Of a stretch of 40,590 nt of DNA, positions 9,609 to 18,817 are shown piece after piece. The DNA lies in assembly GCA_964532965.1 (NCBI GenBank), contig CAZHJE010000001.1:10694-51283 (forward strand), read 5' to 3'. Every line of letters begins with the position of its first letter. Position 1 is the stretch's first letter. The translations under genes and the position numbers were made by a program. Source of the DNA: an uncultured Candidatus Saccharibacteria bacterium (lineage in GTDB: Bacteria; Patescibacteriota; WWE3; UBA101185; UBA10185). Below the pieces are notes generated by a model, which was given only the letters and a program-made list of their open reading frames with translations, searched no databases and was not told where the DNA came from.

Positions 9609-11083
9609 CTTGCTAGCCTTTTAGATAATGTGCTGAACCTACGCACCAGTACATCTATATCTGATTTAGTTATAAAATTTGCTATATATACCGCCCAAAG
9701 ATACATTAATGTAAATAGAGCATATATTAATATTTTCAACCAAATATTCGAGATGTCATTTGCAAGTGCTATTATTAAAACTTGAAATAATATTATAGTG
9801 TGTTCATGAGTAATATACTTAAACTTTAATTTCTTTTGAGACACAATTATTAAAAAAATAAAACTCATAAGTACACCAAAAAGCAATCCGAGAGACATTG
9901 AACCTATTTTTGAATAATCAAAAAATCTGGTTAAAGTTAAATAAAACCCTATTGTACCTAATAATAAAAGAACAAATCCTAAGACTAGTTCTTTTACATA
10001 TTTTGCAGGTACAAAAATACTAGACTTTAAAATGTTTATGAATGAATATAAAACAAACGTAAATACCAAAGGCAGTATTAAAGGAAAAGCGCCATCATAT
10101 CTATTATCACCAACTACAAGGCGTATAACTTCTTTTGACCAATAGACCGCGCTAAAAGAAGGTAATAGAATAAATACAAACACTTTATTAAAATTTGTTG
10201 AAAAAAGCTTTTTAAACTCTTCAAAGTTATGTACAAATTTTTCTGATAAAACAGGTAAATTTACATCTGTTATTGCGTCAGAAATATGAACCAATTTTTT
10301 AGAATACAACAAAGCAAAAGCAAAAACACCAACCATTTCATGAGAAATTTCTCTACCTAAAATTAAGGGTCCTGATTTTTCCCACATTGTAAATATTACT
10401 TTTACAAAATATACAGCTAGACTTATAGATAGTAATTGCTTTAACATCAGCTTAAATTCTTCTTTAGATGGTAGTTCATATTTTATCTTCAACGGCTTAA
10501 ATGCAAGATACGCAAGCGCAAACGCTGCAACAACATTGTGTATAAACATAGCGTAAAAATAACCATTTACCTTATACATATATACAAGGGGTATATATAA
10601 TGCTGCACTAACAAATGCTATTACTGCCTGATATGTAAAGAGTGTTTTAAACCTTTGTGTGCCTGAAACAACAGAGTTTAGAATACCTTGCACACCCTGA
10701 AACATCAGTACAACAGCATATATTTTTATTGGTACAATAAGTGCTGGCTCATTATATTGGTTTAATGCAATATATGTTGCCCCAAAAAATAACCCTATTG
10801 CAATTGGGAATGTTACTAAATACCTAATTAGCACAGATGTGATAAATATTTTGAAAACCTCAGTATCGTCTTTGGCAGCAGATATTTCTCTGGTGCTTCC
10901 TGAAGCAAGACCTAAATGCTGATAAATACCAAATGTGGCTCCAACAGCTGCCGCAATCTGCACAATACCGTATTCACCAACTGTTAGTAATCTGACAATA
11001 AAAAAGCTTTGAAATATACCAACAAAAACTGCAACTCCTCGAGAAAAAAGGCTTATCAATTGCCATTTTAAGATATTCTTCAT
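9605..11083 (-). CDS. MOP-superfamily (Wzx/MurJ-like) polysaccharide flippase
   Basis: 492 aa, about 14 spans. N-terminus LISLFSRGVAVFVGIFQSFFIVRLLTVGEYGIVQ. 4-nt overlap with the downstream gene and a TAATG junction with the upstream gene. Confidence 0.7.
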   Translation of the reverse strand: MKNILKWQLISLFSRGVAVFVGIFQSFFIVRLLTVGEYGIVQIAAAVGATFGIYQHLGLASGSTREISAAKDDTEVFKIFITSVLIRYLVTFPIAIGLFFGATYIALNQYNEPALIVPIKIYAVVLMFQGVQGILNSVVSGTQRFKTLFTYQAVIAFVSAALYIPLVYMYKVNGYFYAMFIHNVVAAFALAYLAFKPLKIKYELPSKEEFKLMLKQLLSISLAVYFVKVIFTMWEKSGPLILGREISHEMVGVFAFALLYSKKLVHISDAITDVNLPVLSEKFVHNFEEFKKLFSTNFNKVFVFILLPSFSAVYWSKEVIRLVVGDNRYDGAFPLILPLVFTFVLYSFINILKSSIFVPAKYVKELVLGFVLLLLGTIGFYLTLTRFFDYSKIGSMSLGLLFGVLMSFIFLIIVSQKKLKFKYITHEHTIILFQVLIIALANDISNIWLKILIYALFTLMYLWAVYIANFITKSDIDVLVRRFSTLSKRLAR

Positions 11084-13224
11084 TAGTTAATTATTGTATC
11101 TCCTAAATATATACTTCTTGTTCTCACATTATTACTCATACCAATAAACACACGATATTTCCCACTCTCTAAAAATTCGGGCATCACCACTTCTAACTTT
11201 TCAAGATAATACCTTCCTTGTGCCCAATTAGCAGGTTGATTTAAAGAAAATGATGGTAAATTAGCAAGTTGATATATTTCACCAGTTGTATCATTAACAT
11301 ATGTCATAAACAACACATAGTCATCGAGTCGAGTTTCTTCTCTTTTTACATAAACAAGATCAACATTTGCAATATTACCCTTAATAAACTCTTGTGGAAT
11401 AACATAATCTACAATTGTCAAAGATTGAAATATCTCTAAATTGACCTTTTCTTCATACTTATATCTCTCCTGAAGCGGTAACTTTTGGTCTTTTAAGTGT
11501 CCGCCAATATTTTTAAACACAAATAAATTTCCGCACCCCAATGTTAAATTGTAGTTTGAGTCTTTTAGTAAATCAGAAACCACATCACGAACTAAAGTAA
11601 CATCTAAGTCTAGTATACGAAGTATTTTTTGAGAAAATACATCGACAATTACATAATCTGCAGAATTATACAATGCAGGAAATATTGCGTATGTTTCACG
11701 AACACCAAGATGCGCACCAAGATAATCTGGTCCAGAAACCGACGCATCTTTTGGAATTGTGTTTACTACTTTCAAAGCACACTCCCTGTCTTTATTTTCA
11801 AGTGGCGTCAATCTATATCGCTCCCCTATAGTAAATTCATTTGTCAAATCTAATTCTGAAGCTGTTTTAGCAAAAACTTGTGTAGGGAGTCTCTTTTTTA
11901 TAGCCTGTGTTAACCATAGGTATATTGGGTTGTTAAATGTAAACGAAGTATAAATATTTGATGCAAGTATAAGTAGGGCAAACATCAAAGCAACATTTTT
12001 AAATTTAAGTTTTTGAGAAAAATTTGAGAGTATAGAAGATAGCATATAAACAGCATATATTGTTGATATAAAGAGTATCGGTATTATCATTGAAATTCGA
12101 TGATTATATATTTCTGATGTCCCTATACCACCTGCTGAAGTGGCATAATTAATTAGCAAATCAGGGAACGCAAGTATAAATAATGGTGGGTAGAGTAAAG
12201 GCATATACGAAACAGGCAAAAAAGTTTCTTTTAGATTCTTAGGTTTATCCCCTCCGAATACTACTTTAACTAAATCTTTTGGGTTTGTAATAATACCAAA
12301 TATTACTTCAGAATAGGTGTCTCCAAACAACTCATATCTACTTAAAAAATAATTATCATTTGCAACATTGCTTGTGTCATCTACATCGATATCAAGTAGC
12401 GTCGTAAATCTTTGAAATCCCTCTACTCTATAGTGAGCATACGCAGGAATAATAATAAAAAACGCGGTGATAAACCAAACTAAACCAATGCCAATCATTG
12501 ATATACCCAATTTAGTTCTTACATTGGTGAAGTAACTAGTTTTAAAATAGGTTGTTATTCCAAGATTTTTAATGCTCTCATACGAAAGATTTGATCTAAA
12601 AAATAAAATTAAAACACCAAACATAACAATGTATAACGGCAACTGCTCCTTGCCCATCATTGTCAAGATTAAAAAAAGATAAAAAACACTTATGTTTTTT
12701 TTAGTAAAAGTATTTGTTAGGTGCATTTTTTCAAAAAGATAAAAAGCTAAAAGAAAAAAAGGTATAACAGCAGTTACTCCATGAAACCCCGTCCAAGCAT
12801 TTAAAAACCCAACTGCCGGATAAAACAAAAAAGCAAAACCAAAGCTTGCGGCAGTCAAAGGCGATTTAAATTTTAAAATAGCAATTTTATATATAATAAA
12901 AGCACTACTAAGTACTAATAATATTTGAGCAACAACAATAGTTAAAGGATGTTGGTACACCGCAAATATTGGCACAAAAACCAGTAATATGGGGTCAACA
13001 TGACTCATAGCCCATCTAGGAACATTAGCTCCAAAATAATCGGTTAAATATAATGGCCTGCCGTGAAGCGTATTCCAAATCATTTGATTCATATTTCCAA
13101 GGTCAAATTTTCCAAAATCAAAATTGTTATATCTAAATATATTAATCCTTAGGGTAAGTACAAAAATACCAAGAGCAAATAAGAACAAAGCAATAAGTGG
13201 TAAGTGATTTTTAATTTTTTTCAT
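11083..13224 (-). CDS. DUF2079-like polytopic membrane protein (GT-C clan candidate) with large C-terminal extracytoplasmic domain
   Basis: 713 aa. FDFGKFDLGNMNQMIWNTLHG resembles the DUF2079 N-terminal signature. About 12 spans are followed by ~270 aa of soluble sequence. Confidence 0.55.
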   Translation of the reverse strand: MKKIKNHLPLIALFLFALGIFVLTLRINIFRYNNFDFGKFDLGNMNQMIWNTLHGRPLYLTDYFGANVPRWAMSHVDPILLVFVPIFAVYQHPLTIVVAQILLVLSSAFIIYKIAILKFKSPLTAASFGFAFLFYPAVGFLNAWTGFHGVTAVIPFFLLAFYLFEKMHLTNTFTKKNISVFYLFLILTMMGKEQLPLYIVMFGVLILFFRSNLSYESIKNLGITTYFKTSYFTNVRTKLGISMIGIGLVWFITAFFIIIPAYAHYRVEGFQRFTTLLDIDVDDTSNVANDNYFLSRYELFGDTYSEVIFGIITNPKDLVKVVFGGDKPKNLKETFLPVSYMPLLYPPLFILAFPDLLINYATSAGGIGTSEIYNHRISMIIPILFISTIYAVYMLSSILSNFSQKLKFKNVALMFALLILASNIYTSFTFNNPIYLWLTQAIKKRLPTQVFAKTASELDLTNEFTIGERYRLTPLENKDRECALKVVNTIPKDASVSGPDYLGAHLGVRETYAIFPALYNSADYVIVDVFSQKILRILDLDVTLVRDVVSDLLKDSNYNLTLGCGNLFVFKNIGGHLKDQKLPLQERYKYEEKVNLEIFQSLTIVDYVIPQEFIKGNIANVDLVYVKREETRLDDYVLFMTYVNDTTGEIYQLANLPSFSLNQPANWAQGRYYLEKLEVVMPEFLESGKYRVFIGMSNNVRTRSIYLGDTIIN

Positions 13225-13227
13225 ATG

Positions 13228-13920
13228 TTAATTTACAAATCTATATTTTATCAAGGTTAAAACAGCTGAAAATCCGTCTGTCCAATGCAATTTTTTACCT
13301 TCACTGTGTTTTCTTCCTTTATAATTTATGGGCACTTCTTTAATTTTTAAGCCTGCTTTTATGGCTTTTGCAGTAATCTCTGGTTCAAAATTAAATCGTT
13401 GAGACTTAATTTCTACTTTTCTTGCAAAATCTCCAGGTAAAAGTTTATAGCAAGTCTCCATATCGGTGAGCAAAACCCCAAATAATATGCTAGTTAGTAT
13501 AGTTACAAGTTTATTACCAAAATAATGCAAATTGGACATATCTTCGTATACACCTGAAAATCTAGAACCATACACCACATCGGCACCAAGTTCATCAAGC
13601 CCACGTATAAGTTTAATTATATCCGATGGATCGTATTCTAAATCAGCATCTTGAACAATTACATAGTCACCAGTTGTATGTTTGAAACCCTCTCTTATTG
13701 CAGATCCTTTACCTCCATTTTGTGACTTATAAAAAATTTTAATAGTTGGGTCATTATTTTCTATTTCTTTTAAAATTTCTCGCGTACCGTCTGTAGAATA
13801 ATCATCTACTATAATTATTTCTTTTTCATTTGGTCCTATATTTGCTTGTTTTACTAAATCTAATATTGTTTTAATAGTGTCTTTTTCTTTCCATACAGGT
13901 ATTACTATTGATAATTTCAT
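13228..13920 (-). CDS. GT2 glycosyltransferase, DPM1/GtrB-like polyprenyl-phosphate sugar synthase (soluble catalytic domain)
   Basis: 230 aa. LSIVIPVW, IIIVDDYSTDGT, GKGSAIREG, VIVQDADLEYDP, FNFEPEI. Sits directly downstream of a GT-C gene, an ArnC/ArnT-like pairing. Confidence 0.8.
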   Translation of the reverse strand: MKLSIVIPVWKEKDTIKTILDLVKQANIGPNEKEIIIVDDYSTDGTREILKEIENNDPTIKIFYKSQNGGKGSAIREGFKHTTGDYVIVQDADLEYDPSDIIKLIRGLDELGADVVYGSRFSGVYEDMSNLHYFGNKLVTILTSILFGVLLTDMETCYKLLPGDFARKVEIKSQRFNFEPEITAKAIKAGLKIKEVPINYKGRKHSEGKKLHWTDGFSAVLTLIKYRFVN

Positions 13921-13950
13921 AAGTGTAATAATAACTAAAAAAGGCTATAA

Positions 13951-15558
13951 CTACAAGTCAACACGAAATATTTTGGTAAAAAATAACTTTCCATTAATCA
14001 TGTTGCTGTATTCGTATACTTGTACCAAATATGGATAAAGTGAAACATCTATTGTTAAATCAGTATTGTGTTCATTAGTAACCAGTATGTAATCTAGGTT
14101 TTTCTTTTGTATGTTTTCTTTTGTTTTATTCTCTTTAACAATCAAATCATAATAAAAACCAGATACGTTAGGGTTGATAAGAGCCTGGTTTAAATACCAA
14201 TCTGATACACTACTTACATCGTTATACCCTACCGCACCTGTTAAGTTATTTACAATGTACTCATTAGCCTCTTTAACTACTTTAAAAATATCTTTATGAA
14301 TCCAAATGGTAGCGCCTGCCCATAAAACACAAGATAAAGTCATTATACTAACATAATAGGCTAGTTTTCTTGTATACAAAAAGTACACACTGAACAAATT
14401 TAATATAAGAACTAAAACCAATATTGGCTTTATTAATATCAAAAACTGTAGCCTGTACTGGTATTGTATAAATGCGTAAAATAGTATTAGGCCAAATGTG
14501 TAAAATACTATTTGCAAGGTTTGCTTTGAGTTAGTTTTTGTCTCAAAAAATTCTACTATTCCATGCGATATAAAGATTAATAAAAATGGGATAACAGGTA
14601 TAAATAATCTTGGTACAGCTGCAGGCCATGCTAATACTAAAAAAAGCTCAATAGCTATAAAGACTAAAAGCGCAATATACTTTTGTACAAAATGCAAAAT
14701 AAAATTTTTACTTTTTATCAAAAAATATATAGCTATTATAAAACCAAAAAGAAAGGTAACAGAACTCAAGTATATTAGTAGCGTGTTAAGATCATATACT
14801 CTTCTTGCAGGTTCTTCAAAATAACTAGAACTTAGAGGGCTTCTGTATAACCAGTAAGGTATTAAGACAATAATCGTACTTAGTGTATATATTGCTAAAG
14901 GTAGTTTATTTTTTGCTAATCCCCCGTACACCAAAGCATAAGTCTTTTTAAGCGAACATAATAATTTAAATGAAAAGTCACTATTAAACAGTAAAATTCC
15001 TATAAGTAAGGATACAAATAATATATAGCCCTCAAATCTAGTTAAAATAGCCAAACCAGATAAAACCCCTAAAGATACAGTGTTGACTGTAGAAAAAGCT
15101 TTTTTATTTACACTGTCAATGTATATATTTGTGGTAAGTAGCACAAACAATAGGAAGAAAGTATCTGCCATTATTCGCAGCGACCAGTATAGATACACTG
15201 GATTAAATGTAAATAGTAGCAACGCAACTATTATTTTCTTTTTGTCATTAAAAACATTGGCAAGTATTTTATAAAATATAAAAAACGATAACGCGCTTAT
15301 TATAAACATAAAGATGCGCCCAAAAATAACAGGGTCTATATTTACAGGTTGTAAGGCTAAAAATAAAGAAAACAAGGGTGGTCTTTTTTCATCAGTTGGA
15401 TATTGAAAATCTTTAATAAACTGAGAGGCTCTTAAAATTCTGTAACTATCCCCCCACTCTGCGGCATTGATGTTTAAAAGTAGCAAATGAGTTAAAAAAA
15501 ATACTATAAAAATTAAAGTTAACGGCTTATTTCTTAATAATGTTTTCATATATCTCAT
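13951..15558 (-). CDS. Polytopic GT-C-type (ArnT/PMT_2-like) glycosyltransferase
   Basis: 535 aa. AAEWGDSYRIL and RPPLFSLFLAL in the first loop region, about 12 spans, soluble C-terminal ~110 aa. An alternative ATG at 15549 is possible. Confidence 0.6.
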   Translation of the reverse strand: MRYMKTLLRNKPLTLIFIVFFLTHLLLLNINAAEWGDSYRILRASQFIKDFQYPTDEKRPPLFSLFLALQPVNIDPVIFGRIFMFIISALSFFIFYKILANVFNDKKKIIVALLLFTFNPVYLYWSLRIMADTFFLLFVLLTTNIYIDSVNKKAFSTVNTVSLGVLSGLAILTRFEGYILFVSLLIGILLFNSDFSFKLLCSLKKTYALVYGGLAKNKLPLAIYTLSTIIVLIPYWLYRSPLSSSYFEEPARRVYDLNTLLIYLSSVTFLFGFIIAIYFLIKSKNFILHFVQKYIALLVFIAIELFLVLAWPAAVPRLFIPVIPFLLIFISHGIVEFFETKTNSKQTLQIVFYTFGLILFYAFIQYQYRLQFLILIKPILVLVLILNLFSVYFLYTRKLAYYVSIMTLSCVLWAGATIWIHKDIFKVVKEANEYIVNNLTGAVGYNDVSSVSDWYLNQALINPNVSGFYYDLIVKENKTKENIQKKNLDYILVTNEHNTDLTIDVSLYPYLVQVYEYSNMINGKLFFTKIFRVDL

Positions 15559-16717
15559 TTATTTGTTTTGCCTTAGCAACCCACGAATATTTTGTAGAAA
15601 TTATTTGTAAATCTACTTGTACATTAGATTCAACAATTTCTTGTATTCTCTTTGCAATAATTTTGGCATCTAACTCGTCTAAATAAAATAAACCCTGAAT
15701 ATTCTCTTCGACTTTAAAACCAGATACCAAGCATGGAACATTACAAGATAATCCTTGCATAACAACCTTAGGCAAACCCTCAAAAGACGACGGCAATACA
15801 AAAATATTTGATGCCTGATATGCTACTGGGACTTCTGGATATGGTGTGTAACCAGTAATTAATATTCTCGCTTTAAGGTTATATGTAGCTATAAGATTAT
15901 TTATTTTATCTTTATACGTACTATCAATAAACGGACCTACTAAAAAGAGTTTATAATGCGGTGGTAAATATGTTAATGCCTCTACCAATAAATGAATATT
16001 CTTTCGTTCTACCATAGCACCATGATTCAAAATAATTTTATCGTGATCATCAACACTTAACTCTTTTCTGGTTTTATACTTTTCTTCTATACCAACTGGA
16101 ATAAATAAATCTGTATTTACGCCAGTTTCTACAAGAAAGCATTTTTTTGGGTCAGCATTATAATACTTTACAGCATCATCAATGTTTTCTCGCCCAACAA
16201 AAATACACGCATCTGCACACAAAATTGACCATTTATCTGACAATCGCCATAATGGGTATGTAATATATTTTGAAATTAATTTAATATTTACACCTTTAGT
16301 CTCTAAAGCATTTTGTCTACCACTAATTGTGTTATGAAAATGCACTACCATAGGTATATTGGCCTCTGAAGTCCATTTAAACACTTTTTTTATGATTAAG
16401 CGGTATAAATAAATCCAAATTGCAAAATGTCCGTGGGCATGAATAACATCCGGCTTGTTTTTAAACCTCCACCATAAATAATAAAAGAAAACTATAACTG
16501 ACGTAGTAAAAGATAAGGTACCATTAATCGGCTCCCGCCAAAACGCAGTAACAACTGATCCTTTTGGTATTTCGAGCTTTCCCGCAAAGGGCCACCTGCC
16601 GCAAAACACTGTAACATTATGTCCAATCTTAATTTGTGCTTTTGTAATTTCATATGGTGCCGCTGCAAGACCGTCCCATGGAGGAGGCCAATCATAAATT
16701 ATTCTCAATATATTCAT
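15527..16717 (-). CDS. GT4 family (GT-B fold) glycosyltransferase
   Basis: 396 aa. N-terminal MNILRIIYDWPPPWDGLAAAPYE and C-terminal FVLPSSFEGLPKVVMQGLSCNVPCLVS (E-x7-Q variant of the E-x7-E motif). Confidence 0.8.
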   Translation of the reverse strand: MNILRIIYDWPPPWDGLAAAPYEITKAQIKIGHNVTVFCGRWPFAGKLEIPKGSVVTAFWREPINGTLSFTTSVIVFFYYLWWRFKNKPDVIHAHGHFAIWIYLYRLIIKKVFKWTSEANIPMVVHFHNTISGRQNALETKGVNIKLISKYITYPLWRLSDKWSILCADACIFVGRENIDDAVKYYNADPKKCFLVETGVNTDLFIPVGIEEKYKTRKELSVDDHDKIILNHGAMVERKNIHLLVEALTYLPPHYKLFLVGPFIDSTYKDKINNLIATYNLKARILITGYTPYPEVPVAYQASNIFVLPSSFEGLPKVVMQGLSCNVPCLVSGFKVEENIQGLFYLDELDAKIIAKRIQEIVESNVQVDLQIISTKYSWVAKAKQINEIYENIIKK

Positions 16718-17997
16718 TTGATTACTTCCTTAATAACCTGTAAATATTTATCAAGCATAGTATTTAGTGTAAAATTTTTCATAGCATGATCAATTGCACT
16801 TTTACTCATTTTTGTAATTAAAGCTTTATCAGTTACAAACATACTTATTTTATCAGATAAATCACTAATACTATTTGGTGGTATTATATACCCTGTAATA
16901 CTTTCTATAACAGCATCTTTATTTCCGCCGCTATCAGTAGCTATAATTGGTAATCCAGAAAACATTGCTTCAACAAGTACCATAGGAAAGCCTTCAACAC
17001 GTATTGATGGTAAAACAAACACATCACATTTATCTAACATCTTTGTAACCTCTTCAGGTTTAACATTCCCATAAAATATTATATTTTTATCAAGTGAGGT
17101 GTTTTGAACATATTCTTTTGCATTTTCCAAATCTTCGCCACCACCAACAATATGAAGTTTAATAGTTGGGTTATTTAACTGTATTAGCGCGTCAAGCAAA
17201 ACAAAAATACCTTTAGATCTAATAACTTTTCCAACATAAATTAGATTTAAGTCATTCTCGCTTACTGGTCTCTTGGTACCATGATTAAATCTCTTTGGAT
17301 CTACGCCATTAAAAATAACTTCAATATGGTCTTCGGGTGAGTATGTTTCGTTAATAATCGCCTGTTTTACATAGGTAGAAACTGCAATGACTTTATTTGA
17401 GTGTAATATAAATTCTCTTTGTCGAGTGAAAAAGTTTTTAATAACAAATGCTGTATCTCTAAGTAAACTTAATATAAAACCAAATGATAAAAACTGTTTT
17501 ACCGACGTTATGCTTTTTAGTCTAGTGCGGTATTCACTAAGAATTGTCCCGTGAGATATTGATATCACTTTAACCCCAAGCTTTTTTTTATTTCTAATAA
17601 TACCAATACCACTTGCACTTTGACATAAAACAATATCAAATGGTGTTGTTTGATGAATTTGTGTAAATGCTAAAACAGATTTTTCTATCCAGTCTTCTTT
17701 TCCTTTTTTCGAAAAGATGTTTTTTGTTTTAATACTAGGAAAAACTTTCTCTAATATATATGCAAAGTTATATTCAATAGCTTGAAAAAATATACCTAAT
17801 CTATAAACGGAATTAACAAATACATACTTAACACCATTTTCTTCATATAACTCTTTATCAAAAGTTTCTTTTGGCGAAAAAACAACAACTGTATGTCCTC
17901 TGCTAACAAGTCCTTCAGAAAGTAGCTTAGTTTGTGTCTCAAGCCCGCCATACCCTTGATGAAAGGTTGTACGCTTAACAAATATTGCAATATGCAT
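16714..17997 (-). CDS. GT4 family (GT-B fold) glycosyltransferase
   Basis: 427 aa. GYGGLETQ near the N-terminus. FVLPSIRVEGFPMVLVEAMFSGLPIIATDSGG contains a canonical E-x7-E. Confidence 0.85.
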   Translation of the reverse strand: MHIAIFVKRTTFHQGYGGLETQTKLLSEGLVSRGHTVVVFSPKETFDKELYEENGVKYVFVNSVYRLGIFFQAIEYNFAYILEKVFPSIKTKNIFSKKGKEDWIEKSVLAFTQIHQTTPFDIVLCQSASGIGIIRNKKKLGVKVISISHGTILSEYRTRLKSITSVKQFLSFGFILSLLRDTAFVIKNFFTRQREFILHSNKVIAVSTYVKQAIINETYSPEDHIEVIFNGVDPKRFNHGTKRPVSENDLNLIYVGKVIRSKGIFVLLDALIQLNNPTIKLHIVGGGEDLENAKEYVQNTSLDKNIIFYGNVKPEEVTKMLDKCDVFVLPSIRVEGFPMVLVEAMFSGLPIIATDSGGNKDAVIESITGYIIPPNSISDLSDKISMFVTDKALITKMSKSAIDHAMKNFTLNTMLDKYLQVIKEVIK

Positions 17998-18029
17998 GCA
18001 TATAGTTTAACAAATATACCTGCAAAGTG

Positions 18030-18809
18030 TTAGGATTTTAACGTATCTAATAATTTTTGCGCTTCGGATTTTCGTGCTTTTAAAATACCTTCGGGATCAG
18101 GCGTTTGGAGCACTGCAGCTAAATATATTTCTGCGAGTATTGGTTTGCCTGTATCGGCAAATACTTTGCCAAGCGCAAGAGATATACCAGAAGACCACAC
18201 TCTTAGTTTTATTGCACCTTGATCTTGTGCTTCCATTTCAGCATCATAGCCCTCATAAAGACATCTTTGGGCTTCGAGTAATACGTCTAAAGCCTCGTCA
18301 GTTCTTTTTTGTTCATGCAATATATTTGCTTTTATCGAAAGTGCCCAAGCACGGTGTGCTTTTGACCCGGGGAGATCTTCTAACCCTTTATCAACTGCTT
18401 CTAAGGCATATTTTAACTGCATAGTCTTTTCTTTTGGAGAATATACCCCTGCGTACTTTAAATGAAGTGATGCTTTATGCACATATTGGGTTGCAAGTGG
18501 ACCCTTTGGCAAGTCGTTTTCTTTACCGAGCCTTATCGCCTCTTCTATACATTCACTAGCTTGATTTATATATAGGGTTTTTTTGTCGCCATCCTCACAA
18601 CTATCAGCAAGTAGCGTTAATGTTATTTTTTTATGCCCAAGTACATCCATTTGCCCTCTTGGATTAGCATTTTCTATATCCCAAGCAATTATTGCGTTAA
18701 ATTGTGCTAATGCTTCTTCTAACTTCCCTTGCTCTCGTAAAACAACTGCTTGATTTTTAGCCGTTTCTCTTTGATCTTTAGATTCAAATTTAATAGCTTT
18801 ATCTGACAT
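18030..18809 (-). CDS. Hypothetical soluble alpha-helical repeat (TPR-like) protein
   Basis: 259 aa, acidic and Ala/Leu/Glu-rich, with no hydrophobic spans. Repeated helix-pair-like segments (GKLEEALAQFNAII..., TDEALDVLLEAQRCL...). No family recognised. Visibly higher G+C than flanking genes. Confidence 0.6.
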   Translation of the reverse strand: MSDKAIKFESKDQRETAKNQAVVLREQGKLEEALAQFNAIIAWDIENANPRGQMDVLGHKKITLTLLADSCEDGDKKTLYINQASECIEEAIRLGKENDLPKGPLATQYVHKASLHLKYAGVYSPKEKTMQLKYALEAVDKGLEDLPGSKAHRAWALSIKANILHEQKRTDEALDVLLEAQRCLYEGYDAEMEAQDQGAIKLRVWSSGISLALGKVFADTGKPILAEIYLAAVLQTPDPEGILKARKSEAQKLLDTLKS

Positions 18810-18817
18810 ATATTTTA

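Noticed and set aside
4209-15558. STT3/PglB/AglB-type oligosaccharyltransferase or WaaL/Wzy among the polytopic proteins
   Set aside because: No WWDxG-type motif appears in any of them. The first-loop D/E motifs and overall size fit ArnT/PMT-like GT-C proteins better. A Wzy- or ligase-like role for the DUF2079 protein remains only a hypothesis.
15527-16717. E-x7-Q in place of E-x7-E in the first GT4 as evidence of an inactive enzyme
   Set aside because: The second Glu of this motif is not universally conserved in GT4 enzymes, and the rest of the protein looks intact.
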